A stretch of DNA of 64,000 bases. Source: Diplonema japonicum (taxonomy: Eukaryota > Protista > Euglenozoa: Diplonemea). The stretch spans positions 145,183-209,182 of the forward strand of contig OZ025758.1 of the NCBI GenBank assembly GCA_964019335.1, given 5' to 3'. Position 1 is the stretch's first letter. The number at the start of each line of letters is the position of its first letter. Position numbers and translations under genes: made by a program. Positions 26,699 to 38,600 of the stretch are shown here, piece by piece. Under the pieces are notes generated by a model, which was not told the DNA's origin, ran no database searches, and was given only the letters and a program-made list of their open reading frames with translations.

Positions 26699-27883
26699 TT
26701 AGTCCACACCAAGTGCAGGAGGCTGTGGTGGCGGTGTGGGTTGATGGTATTTTGCCTGTTGTCTCTGCTTTGCGGCAACTCTCTGCTGTTTCATCTTGGT
26801 AGATGATCGAAGAGCTGCAAGCTGGGCTTCCCGGTCCCTCACCTTGCTCTCCGCCAAGGAGAGCTCCTTCCGAAGCGACATAACCTCCTTCACAAGGTGA
26901 TCCTTAGTAAGAACCCTCGAAGAGGGCCTTCTACTAGGCAAGGATTTCGGTGGAAAAGGTTGAGGAAGTGAATTTCGAACCGGTGCCCCGTAGACGGATA
27001 TTTTCCTACGGTGCTGGCTGTTTTTTACAGGGCTTGGTGCTGCACTCTGAACAGGAGGCAGACAGGCCCGCAAGGCATACCCGCAAAGGTCCATCATTCT
27101 CTCTTCAGGAACATCATCTTCGCTTGCTGCAGACGTTTGGAGGAGAAGGTACTTTGCAGGGACTTCTTCTGGTGGGCTTTCCGAAGGGGTGGTCTCAAAG
27201 ATGACAAGAACGACACCAGGACGCGTGGCGGAGCACCCAACAACCTTCCCAAGAATGCTTGGGGCGAGCTGCGAAATGACAAGATCCCCGGATTTGAACA
27301 GACATGGGGACACGTTTGCAACAGGGGGCTTCGTTTTCATCGCTGCTAATGAAGATTTTATCGGGTAGAAGGTCGAATAGCTGTCGAGTTCGAGAATGGA
27401 GGTTGCTTTCTTGTCGAACAGAGTTTGGGAAGGGTTCGGGTTCGGGGGCCGTTTTTTTATTTTGTTCAGCATTGTGAGCAGGAAGAAAGGGTACTTTATC
27501 TTGCCCCGTCGCGGGGACACCAGGGTGCTGCTGTTCCCAGTTGCAAAATAACCCATGGCGTCGTTCAGGACGCTGGTGCTGATGGACCCGTTGCCTTCGC
27601 TCCCCCCTCCCAGTCGAATCCAGACTTTTCTCAGATCGGTGTCCCAGTGCCATGCCCACACCGCACGTAAAACCTTTAAGAACTCCAACCCTGTAAGTTG
27701 CCTCTCCTCAACTTTCCCCAACGTGTTTAAAATTTCAGCACAACAGGCATCTAATGCTTTTGCGTGTAACTCACTGTCCCACCAAGGGACCTTGGCAGAA
27801 GCCACCTTTACCGCATCCCTTCCCTCTTCCCAGTCCTGTCTGAGCTGCTGGGCTCCGTCCCGGGTTAATTGCCATTTTTTCAT
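26699..27883 (-). CDS. Hypothetical protein with C-terminal coiled coil
   Basis: 394-aa ORF with an A-rich start context; on the cluster strand. Confidence 0.65.
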   Translation of the reverse strand: MKKWQLTRDGAQQLRQDWEEGRDAVKVASAKVPWWDSELHAKALDACCAEILNTLGKVEERQLTGLEFLKVLRAVWAWHWDTDLRKVWIRLGGGSEGNGSISTSVLNDAMGYFATGNSSTLVSPRRGKIKYPFFLLTMLNKIKKRPPNPNPSQTLFDKKATSILELDSYSTFYPIKSSLAAMKTKPPVANVSPCLFKSGDLVISQLAPSILGKVVGCSATRPGVVLVIFETTPSESPPEEVPAKYLLLQTSAASEDDVPEERMMDLCGYALRACLPPVQSAAPSPVKNSQHRRKISVYGAPVRNSLPQPFPPKSLPSRRPSSRVLTKDHLVKEVMSLRKELSLAESKVRDREAQLAALRSSTKMKQQRVAAKQRQQAKYHQPTPPPQPPALGVD

Positions 27884-28907
27884 TTTTGGCCCTTCTTTTT
27901 TTTGGTGGGGTGTATTTTGTTTTTTTTTTTTTGAAACGGTTTAAAAAAAGAAAAAAAGAAAAAAGAAAAAGAAGAAAAGGAGGGAGAAAAAAAAGGAGAA
28001 CAGAACAGAGCACAGGAAAGAAAAAGGAAAGGAATCTCTCTTCTTTTCCCCCATTTCTGTGTTCCATCCTGTCCGTCACTTCCCCCCCCCCTTTTTTCTT
28101 TTCTTTTTTTTGCGGGCTGGGTCAGACGTCGAGATGCCTACATAAGGTGCAATGGGAAAAAAAAAGAAGCTGTAAAAGGCCCCTTTTCTTCTTCAATAAA
28201 AGGTGGAAAAAAAAAAGGAATAGGAAAAAAAAAAGAGAACAAACTCTCCCTCCCTTCAGTTGGGTTTATATTTCCTTCGCCTGGTTTCGTGCTCCCACAC
28301 CACCTTATTTTGTTTAGTTTTTTTTATAAGGAGCTTGAAACGGGGGAAAAAAAAGGGGAAAGAAAGAGAAAGAAAAAAAAAAGGGGGGAAAGGAAAGGGA
28401 AGAAGCAAAAGAAAGAAAAAAAAGAGTTTTTGTACAAAGACTGCAAAGCAAGGTTTTAAATCATCTCCTCCCCTTCTTTTTTATTTTTTTTTTGTTTTTT
28501 TTAAAGGTAGTGTTGATGCCTTGATCCATGCCGTTTCGCCCTCTTACGTGGCTTTAGGTGGCAAGATTGGCTATTCTGTATTTAAAAAAAAAAGGGAGAA
28601 AACCCATTGCTCTGCATTTGCCTCATGTTCCTCTTTTTTGTTCGCTTCCCCCTCCCCCCCCTTTTTTATCTTTTTCATTTTATTTTCCCCCCTTTCTATT
28701 CTTCCCGACAGCTTACTGGGTCACAAGGAAAAAAATAAACACCGATCTGCTAGGGAATGGATGTACTGGGACGAGATTTTTTTTTTTGTTTTCTTGTTCT
28801 CTTTTTTTTCAATATGCAACAAGATTTTTTTTTTTTTTTTTTTTTTTTTTAAAGGAGAACAGAAAGTTATTTGTGTCCACACGCCGTAAAAAATTTTTTT
28901 ACGGCGC

Positions 28908-29232
28908 TTAGGCACCTCAACCTGCAGAGGCCCCAGATTGCACTGTTATTGTTGTTTTTTTTTTTTTTTTTATTATTATTATTATTTTCCACACCTTGGC
29001 CTTTACCAATACCGTGGATGTTTCCACCGGGCCCAGACCCACCACCACTGCCACCGCCATTTCTTCTAGATTTTTGTAAAACGTCTTTGTGCTCATCCAG
29101 CGACTGGTTAGGCAACATAGACATAAAGAAAAAAGCAACCAAGTTCAAGAAAGCGAAAAAGAACTCTTGGGCTTTAACAAACAGAGGCTTTTCCACCACC
29201 CGGCCACCGCTCAAATACATGCCTTCCTTCAT
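28908..29232 (-). CDS. SelK: Selenoprotein K-like, 90 aa; exons 28995-29232 and 28908-28942; UGA (Sec) at 28917-28919
   Basis: YLSGGRVVEK, single TM, Gly-rich GGNIHG. Removing a 52-nt GT-AG intron (28943-28994) gives ...VQSGASAG-TGA-GA-TAA, matching the G-U-G-x-stop end of SelK. Confidence 0.85.
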
Positions 29233-31036
29233 TTTTTTTTCTTTTATATTTTAGTATTATTTTTTTTCTCTCTCTCCCCCCACCCCACCCACTCACTACC
29301 ACCTGGGTTTTTTTTTTTTTTTTTTTTTTTTTTCGTGGTAAAATAAAGAAGGAAAAAAAAAAGCTGCCAAGGAAAAAAGAAAAAAAAAAAAAAAAAAAAA
29401 GGTAAAAACAAAGAAACCGCGAATCCCTCTTTTTTTTTTTCTTCCCGCTCCCCTCCTCCTATAGTTTCTTTCTTTTTTTGCTAGCTTTCTTCTTTCTCTC
29501 TGAAAAAGAAAGAAAAAAAAAAACTCCCCCCCTTCCCTAGTAGTGTCTTTCTTTTTTTTTCTCCCCCCTTTTTTTGCCTTTGAAAGAGAAAGCAGAACAA
29601 GAAGGAAACAAAAAAAAGGGAAAAAAAAAGACCGATATAATTAAATGTAAAGAAAATGGAGGGAGAGGGGGGGGTGTGAGAAAAAAATTTGAGGTTCTTT
29701 GAAAGGGTGTGAGGGATGGGGGATAGGGGAAAAGAATCGTACATTTCTCTTTCTTCTTTTTTTTTTCCCCAATGTTTGAAAAAAAAACTTCATTTTTTGG
29801 TCACTGAATGTTTACCCCCCTGGGCTGAAGTGAAGTTATAACGAAAAAGAAAAGAAAAGAAAAGAAAAAGAAAAGAAAATTTACGCAGAGAGGAACGAGA
29901 AAAAAAAAACAAATACAAAAAAGTCATACCATGCACCTTGAACCAAGAGAAACAAAAAAAAAGAAAGGGATGGGAAAAAAAAAAAAAGGCATTCCACTAA
30001 TTAAGCTTCTTTCTTCTTCAGGTTTCTTTTTTATTTTTCTCTTTGTTCCTTGCGCCTCATTGTTTTGTTTTTTTCTGTATTTTTTTTTCTCCTCTCTCTT
30101 TATTATCACAAATTGTATCCACCAAAAAAAGTTGTAAGATTCAAAAAAAAAAAGAAAGTGAAATAACTTGGTACTTTTACTGAAATCTGTAGTACCGTGA
30201 GTGCATAACGAAATGCTATTAAACCTCTTTTTTATTTCCTCTTTTTGTTCTTCTTTTTTTACATGCACCTCCTCTTATATTGGGCCATAGGGAGCCCTTT
30301 ATCTGGCCACCTGTTCACGAATAAAAAGAAAGAAAGAAAGAAAATCTTCAGCAAGATTTTCTTCTCACCGTTGTATCAATTTTTATATAAGAAATTTTGT
30401 GTGAACCGAATACCATAGGATGGGCACCTTGGGGCCTTGTTTTTTTTTTTTTTTTTTTTTTTTTTGTTTTTGAAACAAAAACTTTTAAAAAAAAAGAGAA
30501 AAGGGTTCGAGGGCTCAACAAACGTCTTCTTCTTCTTCTTCTTTTTTTTTTAAAAAAAGAAATAGGCTTGAAAGGTTTCCTCTAACAAACAGGAAACAAT
30601 ACTTTAGGGTAAGAATGGGAGTGACAATGGACCTGTCAAGGTCGAGGGAAGAAGAAGGTGAAAAAACAAAAAAAAAGGGGGGGGAAGGTATTTGACAGCT
30701 TTTCGAGGGGAAGATAAAAAAGTATGGAAAAAAAAAATAAAGCAAGCTGGATGCGAACTGCACCTTCAAAACAAAGGGAGAATTTTTTTTTCCGTCTCAA
30801 GAGAAAACATACGAAAGTGGGAACGGGGGGGCAGACGGCACGGGGGGTAAAAAAAAAAGTACGTACAGAGGTGGGGGGGGGGCTTATTGTCAGTACAAAA
30901 ATATCGTACCTTTTTTTAGTGCCTCAGCATAATCCCCCCCCCAAAAAAAAGAAAGAATACAACACGCTCAGTTCACTTTCAAGTCACATGATTTGGTTGT
31001 AGTCCCCCCTCCCTCTTTCCGCACTCCCTCGCTGTC

Positions 31037-32960
31037 TTACTTTTCTGTGGCCTCATCGTCATCCTGCTCTGAATTCTCGATACGCGTCTTATTCAAAGCA
31101 AGCAGGTGAGGGCAGCGAACTGGCGCGCCAACATCTCTCCCTGCTTCAGTGGCCTTTGCGATGGACAGCTTCGTGTGGAACTTAGGGTCAGACACGGTGC
31201 GGGGAAGGTTGACCTCATCGAACACTGATGTCAGGCTCGATGTCAGCTCATCAAGCATTTCCTTGGTGTGAACAGGCGACGCTGTGACCCTGAGCCTCTC
31301 CCTCCCTCTTGGGACGGTGGGGTAGTTAATCGGTTGAACGTAAGCACCGTGTTTGTTAAGGAGCACATCCGACGCTTGCTTCGCCAGGACGGAATCGCAC
31401 ACCAGGACTGGAACGATGTGCGATTCACCGCTCAAAACGGGAAGCCCCGCCTCTTTCAACCCGTCCTTAAGGTACTTCACGTTGTCCCAGAACACCTTGC
31501 GCTTTGCGTCGCCTTCCGGGGATGCAAGAATCTGAATGCTCTTTGCAGCAGCGGCCGCCACAGCAGGAGGGATAGACGTGGTGAATATGAACCCTGATGC
31601 AAGAGAGCGGATGGCATCCACGATTTGATGGCTTCCGGCAATGTATCCACCATGGCAGCCGATGGCCTTGCCCAAGGTGGATTGAATGATGTCGACTTGG
31701 TCCGCCACACCGTCGCGCGCACAGACTCCAGCACCGCGGGGACCGTACATTCCCACAGCATGGACCTCGTCGCAATAGGTGAGCGCTCCGTACTTCTTAG
31801 CGAGCTTGATGATGTCCGGGATGGGTGCGATGGTGCCAGACATGGAGTATACAGACTCGAATGCGACAACAATCGGCGCCTTCGGGGAATTGAGCCTGAT
31901 GTCTCTGAGAAGATCCTCAAGATGTTCAAGATCGTTGTGGCGCCAGATACGCTTTACAGCCTTTGAAGCGACGATCCCACGGATCATTGACGCGTGGTTC
32001 TCCTCGTCTGAGATGAACACGCAGTCCGGGAGGATCGATGTTAGGGTTGACAGCGTTGCCTCGTTGGCAACGTAGCCCGACGTGAAGACCAAAGAGGACT
32101 CTTTCTCGTGGTACGCTGCCAATCGTTGTTCCAGCTCGACGTGCGCTCGTGTGTTGCCCGAGATATTCCGTGTGCCTCCTGCACCCGTGCCGTACATTTC
32201 CACCGCTGTCTTCATCGCCTCCATCACTTCCTTGTGTTGTCCCATGGCCAAGTAGTCGTTGCTGCACCACACCGACACACTCTTTTTGAGTCCTTCTGGC
32301 GAGTACCACGTTGCCAAAGGGAATTCATTAGCGTGTCTCTGGATCTGTGTGAAGACCCTGTATCTCCCTTCCACCTTGAGCTGCTTCAACGCCTTCGTGA
32401 ATCGGGTTTCATACTGTGGGTAATAAAAAAGATTGAGAAAATGGGTAAAAAACACCCATGGTGGGGATCGAACCCACAATCTTTTGCTTAGGAAGCAAAC
32501 GCCTTATCCATTGGGCTACACGGGCCACGTTTTGAATGAACGTGGCAAAACAAATCCGATGTGATCCCAAGAATCCAAGTCAGGTTGACCTTTCAACACC
32601 CTCTTCCCACTTTTATAGTTTTCAACTTTCTGCCAAAAGACACAGTGGGACTGGATTGGGCCAAACTAAATAAACATACCAAATCATCCCAATTCTTCTT
32701 TGCATGCTTGCAAACTTTGGGTGGCGAGAGCTGGCGTTCCGTGAGAGAGAGCTTGGTGCGGAGAGCTGCAATTTCTTGTTCTTGGTGGGCAATGGTCTGC
32801 TCACTTTCAAGAATCTGTGTTTTTTTTTTTTCTCTTTTTTTTTTTCTTCCCACCCTAGTCTACTCACCTTGGCTTGGAGAAACAGGGGATTGTTGATGAG
32901 CTGCTGTGTTTGGTTGAATTGTTGCTTCTGGTAGACTGCCCTTACCAATGATCGCCTCAT
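31037..32960 (-). CDS. ALAS: 5-aminolevulinate synthase, 534 aa; exons 32868-32960, 32680-32814 and 31037-32413
   Basis: [24 protein letters not shown] and STLGKAIG (PLP Lys). GT-AG introns 32815-32867 and 32414-32679 keep the frame. Exon 1 resembles a mitochondrial presequence (MRRSLVRAV). Confidence 0.93.
32453..32525 (-). tRNA. tRNA-Arg(CCT) inside ALAS intron 2
   Basis: GCCCGTGTAGCCCAATGGATAAGGCGTTTGCTTCCTAAGCAAAAGATTGTGGGTTCGATCCCCACCATGGGTG: a 73-nt cloverleaf with anticodon arm TTTGC-TTCCTAA-GCAAA and GTTCGA T-loop, followed by a T6 Pol III terminator. Confidence 0.95.
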
Positions 32961-33109
32961 GATGTTTATTATTATTTTTTCTTTTTTTTTCTCCCGTGTG
33001 TTGTGTGTTGAACTATCAACCCCAACCACCTGTAATAGTTTAGAGAAAAAGATGGAGGCAGGAAATCGAAAAGAAATCCAAAAAAAAAAAAAAAGACTCA
33101 CAGTCAAGT

Positions 33110-33850
33110 CTGTAAGCAGAATTTTTACCACTGTTTACGGTAACCCACAACCTTTTTTCCACTCAAATGGCTTTTTGTAAAAATTTTCCACTCTCCACGG
33201 CAACCTATTTTTATTTCCACTAAACCATGTAAGTAAGAACTTTTTTTCCAACGTCCACGGTGGAGGTGTGTGTGCTTGGGAAAAACGTGTAGGCACAACC
33301 AGGGCTCGAAAAAGACACCAAGAATTTCTCCTGGAAGTTGGCAAGGGCGATTTCCAAAGACGATTTAAAGCCAAAGCCGAGGTATCTGGCGTCGATGTAC
33401 TTCTCCACCCCTCGCCCCCCTGCCTGTGAAGGATATGCCAAGGATGACCTCAAGCCCCCTGTTGTCACGAAGTCACAGATAGGCAGGCCAGCAAAGAGGA
33501 AGCGAAGTGAGAGAGAAGGGGAAAATAAATGCAGCAACTTGTAAAAACCTTTATTACTCAACCGCTGCGCCACAGCCACAATCATCCCAGCCTTCAGGGT
33601 AGTCACCTATTTCTCTTAAAAGGTCTCTTTTCCTTTTCTTTTGCTATGACATCATGCCCCCCCTCCCTACATTTTGTACCAAACCCCAATGAGGCATAAA
33701 AATGTCGGAGGTTACCGTGGACGGTGGAAAAAAAGTTAGTGGTTGCATAAGGGAAATTGTTGGTGGTTACAGTAAAAAGTGGAAAAAAGGTTGCAGGTTA
33801 CCGTGGATGGTGGAAAAAAAGTTATTTGGTTACCATGTACGTTGGTTTCC
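33110..33850. mobile_element. Putative non-autonomous DNA element (MITE-like) with degenerate ~150-bp inverted ends
   Basis: 33137-33163 versus rc(33778-33804) is 25/27; 33238-33261 versus rc(33714-33737) is 23/24. Boundaries are approximate. Confidence 0.65.
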
Positions 33851-33917
33851 CCCCCCCCTTTTTTTTTTCTTTTTTAAATTCCACTTCCTTTTCGGCTTGC
33901 TAAGGCCGCTCACTCTT

Positions 33918-34602
33918 CTACTCGTCGTTGAATTTACCAGCTGGCAATTTGGCCTTAAAGCACTTGTAAGCACCCGGGTTTCCTCCCAAGTCGATGGGTT
34001 CTAGGTTTTCACAATGCGTCAAGAAATCAGAACCGATGGAAGAAACCTCGGTCATTCCTCGCAAGCCGAAGTTTTTAGAAACCCGTCGCCGATGGAAGAA
34101 ACCTCGTTCGGGTCGCTGAACTCGACAGACTCCAGCTTCTTCTCTAAGAAACCCATCGTCAATGCTTGTGATAACGCCGGTGGGGTCGGTGGATACGACT
34201 GTTCGAATTTCAGAAGGAAGCTCCTGTGAGTGCACAGACAGTGAATTCTGTTGGCTGAGTCCCCCACCTCCACTTCTAGGATCATATCTGGCCGATCTTC
34301 TAATTCTATTTTTAACTCTTTTTGTACATTTTTGTCGGACAGGGTTTTTCAGGCCCACTGTTTTAACACGTGACACCACTTTCACCTCACAGCCATCCAC
34401 GAGCCCGATCTCCACGACGGTCTCCTCTCCCTGCATGTCCAGAACCTTTCCCTCCCAAAAAATCTCGCGTCTTCGAGTTCTGCAGTGTCCGCGGCATCAT
34501 GATACAGCTGCATAACGGAGTCCTCCACCCCCGGTTCCAATTCGTGCAGAACTCCGTCTGGCGTGTAGTCATGAAGACTGCTATCTCGTCCGGGTCAGAC
34601 AT
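33918..34602 (-). pseudogene. Frameshifted ubiquitin-like + BspA-type LRR gene fragment
   Basis: Pieces in different frames: TPDGVLHELE..VEDSV, IFWEGKVLDMQGEETVVEIGLVDGCEV (Ubl-like) and ITSIDDGFL / VSSIGDGFL / VSSIGSDFLTHCENL (LRR_5-like). Confidence 0.6.
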
Positions 34603-35464
34603 CTTTCTTTCATTCTCTTGAACTTTCTGTGATGCTACTAAAAGTTGGTCGTGATAATAACGATAATAATAGGCTGATTCAAGAAGAATCAGAAAAAAAA
34701 AAAGTTAGGTGTTTTGTTGGTTCAAGATCTCGTTTTTTTTTTTTTTTTTTTTTAAACAACAAGAGAATCGTGGGGGGGTTTTTTTTTCTTTTTTTTTTTC
34801 TCCCCGTGTTAGGGGAACGTTCACTCTTCTGTTTCTTTTTTTTTTTGTTGACGTTCTTGTTCAATTCCATGTTCACTCTCATTTCCTTTCTTTTCTTACC
34901 ACCCCCTATAATTCTTCATGCTTTTACTTGCTGTTTTGCACCCCCTTTTTTTTTCCTCTTCCCCTCTCCCCTTTTTATTTTTTTTCAACACACATCAAAA
35001 TCCATGTTGAATACAAGAAAATCAGGGGAATAAAAAAAAAAAAAAAAGCAACAACAAAACAAAAAGCAAGGCGAAAAGAGGGAGTAAACAAGAAAAAAAG
35101 TTCTTTTTTTTTTCCTGTTAAAAGTTGTATTCATCAAGCTGTAGATAGCTAGATTAAAAATATTTTTTTTTTTCTTATCCATTCTGGCTTTTCGCATTGC
35201 GCACCTTTTGGGCAGTTGACAGCAAAAGTTTTTTTTTTTTTTTCTTTTGCATGAACAAGAAAAACAATATATTGATAATGAATTGTTAGTGCTAAAAAGA
35301 GTAGTGGTAGGTACAACAATCAACCGACTCTTTTTTTCTTTTCCAGTATTTTCTTTCAACCTAAAATCTGCGCCCTTTTTTTTTTCTGCCAAGGAATATG
35401 AAAAAAAAAAATTTAAAATAAAGTCGGTTTATTGACGTGAAAACCAGATAATAATATATATATA

Positions 35465-35524
<60 letters not shown>

Positions 35525-35681
35525 GAATCAGGCTTCACATCAAGTATCGCGCAGCAACAAAACTGCTGCAAGATCAAAAAAGGTGTCTTTGAAGGGAACC
35601 TGCAGAGAATGCCAGGATCGCCTAACGACAGTAAGGGGGGAAAAAAAAGGAGGGAAAGGGAGGGGGGGGAATCTATGACAT

Positions 35682-38600
35682 TCAGATGTTTCCGCACTCC
35701 ACATCAGGGGTGGAATCTTTCGTGGGTGCAAGTGGTTGCTCCACGTCCTCCAGAAGCTGCTGCATCCCACTAGTGGGCTGTCTCCTTTTGGTGTAGACTG
35801 TGAGTGCAATTGCCGAACCCATACACAAAGCACCTACGCCACCGAGCAATCCGTAGAGCCACGTCTGCGATGAAGAGGAAGAAGCATCAGAAGGAGGTGA
35901 CGAGTTTGTAAGTGCCGTGTTCCCCTCAGCCACTGGCTTCACCACGAGGGACTGCCCGTCTGCGTTGTCCGTGAGAGGGCCCTTGCCTTGTGCTGCCTCT
36001 TCCACAGCCCCATTCACCTCGGCTTCGATCTCCTCGGCTTTGCTCCCTTCGATCTTGTACTCCACGAAAACACCATCTTGAGCCGCTGCCTGCTGCAGAC
36101 CTGACTTCCTTGTGTACCTCCCCATCCTGTCCTTCTCCTCCACAAGGTGCTCCATGTTCCACTTCCTGTCGACCTTCACCGTCCACTGCTTCTTCTCCTC
36201 CTCGGTGGGCATTCTCTCCCCGTCCACCAGTACTCCCATCTCAGTCACCACAAGGCTTGCAGGTTCATCCCCCAACTTCTTCGACGCCTTCAACATTGAC
36301 ATCCGGAACTTGCTGAGGAACTCCTTCGGCTTCTGCATCACCTCCGCTGCGTCACCTTTAAGCTTCAGGCGGTAGTTCGAGGACACCACAGGTGATGTGC
36401 TTTCTTTCCTTTCGGTGCTCACATCACGGTCCTTCTTGTCGGCATCGAAGTCACGGTCCTTCTTGTCGGTATCGAAGTCACGGTTCTTCTTGTCGGCATC
36501 GAAGTCACGGTCCTTCTTGTCATCAGTCTTGACATCACGGTCCTTCTTGTCGGCATCGAAGTCACGGTTCTTCTTGTCGGTATCGAAGTCACGGTCCTTC
36601 TTGTCATCAGTCTTGACATCACGGTCCTTCTTGTCGGCATCGAAGTCACGGTCCTTCTTGTCGGTATCGAAGTCACGGTCCTTCTTGTCATCAGTCTTGA
36701 CATCACGGTCCTTCTTGTCGGCATCGAAGTCACGGTTCTTCTTGTCGGTATCGAAGTCACGGTCCTTCTTGTCATCAGTCTTGACATCACGGTCCTTCTT
36801 GTCGGTATCGAAGTCACGGTCCTTCTTGTCATCAGTCTTGACATCACGGTCCTTCTTGTCGGCATCGAAGTCACGGTTCTTCTTGTCGGTATCGAAGTCA
36901 CGGTCCTTCTTGTCATCAGTCTTGACATCACGGTCCTTCTTGTCGGCATCGAAGTCACGGTCCTTCTTGTCGGTATCGAAGTCACGGTCCTTCTTGTCAT
37001 CAGCCTTGACATCACGGTCCTTCTTGTCATCAGCCTTGACATCACGGTCCTTCTTGTCGGTATCGAAGTCACGGTCCTTCTTGTCATCAGTCTTGACATC
37101 ACGGTCCTTCTTGTCGGCATCGAAGTCACGGTCCTTCTTGTCATCAGTCTTGACATTACGGTCCTTCTTGTCGGCATCGAAGTCACGGTCCTTCTTGTCG
37201 GCATCGAAGTCACGGTCCTTCTCGTCAGTATCTAAGTCACGGTCCTTCTTGTCGGTATCGAAGTCACGGTCCTTCTTGTCATCAGTCTTGACATCACGGT
37301 CCTTCTTGTCGGCATCGAAGTCACGGTCCTTCTTGTCGGTATCGAAGTCACGGTCCTTCTTGTCATCAGTCTTGACATCACGGTCCTTCTTGTCGTCAGT
37401 CTTGACATCACGGTCCTTCTTGTCGGCATCGAAGTCACGGTTCTTCTTGTCGGTATCGAAGTCACGGTCCTTCTTGTCATCAGTCTTGACATCACGGTCC
37501 TTCTTGTCGGTATCGAAGTCACGGTCCTTCTTAGCCTTGACATCACGGTCCTTCTTGTCGGCATCGAAGTCACGGTCCTTCTTGTCATCAGTCTTGACAT
37601 CACGGTCCTTCTCGTCGGTATCGAAGTCACGGTCCTTCTTGTCATCAGTCTTGACATCACGGTCCTTCTTGTCGGCATCGAAGTCACGGTCCTTCTTGTC
37701 ATCAGCCTTGACATCACGGTCCTTCTTGTCGGCATCGAAGTCACGGTCCTTCTTGTCGGTATCGAAGTCACGGTCCTTCTTGTCATCAGTCTTGACATCA
37801 CGGTCCTTCTTGTCGTCAGTCTTGACATCACGGTCCTTCTTGTCATCAGTCTTGACATCACGGTCCTTCTTGTCATCAGTCTTGACATCACGGTCCTTCT
37901 TGTCGGCATCGAAGTCACGGTCCTTCTTGTCATCAGTCTTGACATTACGGTCCTTCTTGTCGGCATCGAAGTCACGGTCCTTCTTGTCGGCATCGAAGTC
38001 ACGGTCCTTCTCGTCAGTATCTAAGTCACGGTCCTTCTTGTCGGTATCGAAGTCACGGTCCTTCTTGTCATCAGTCTTGACATCACGGTCCTTCTTGTCG
38101 TCAGTCTTGACATCACGGTCCTTCTTGTCGTCAGTCTTGACATCACGGTCCTTCTTGTCATCAGTCTTGACATCACGGTCCTTCTTGTCGGCATCGAAGT
38201 CACGGTCCTTCTTGTCATCAGTCTTGACATCACGGTCCTTCTCGTCGGTATCGAAGTCACGGTCCTTCTTGTCGGTATCGAAGTCACGGTCCTTCTTGTC
38301 GGTATCGAAGTCACGGTCCTTCTTGTCATCAGTCTTGACATCACGGTCCTTCTTGTCGTCAGTCTTGACATCACGGTCCTTCTTGTCGGCATCGAAGTCA
38401 CGGTTCTTCTTGTCGGTATCGAAGTCACGGTCCTTCTTGTCATCAGTCTTGACATCACGGTCCTTCTTGTCGGTATCGAAGTCACGGTCCTTCTTAGCCT
38501 TGACATCACGGTCCTTCTTGTCGGCATCGAAGTCACGGTCCTTCTTGTCGGTATCGAAGTCACGGTCCTTCTTGTCGGTATCGAAGTCACGGTCCTTCTT

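Noticed and set aside
28500-28630. Candidate SECIS (hairpin with AAA bulge; AUGA at ~28623)
   Set aside because: The UGA/GA quartet and helix II do not line up.
29780-31000. Short complex islands between homopolymers as exons or snoRNAs
   Set aside because: No consistent spliced ORF and no C/D or H/ACA boxes identified.
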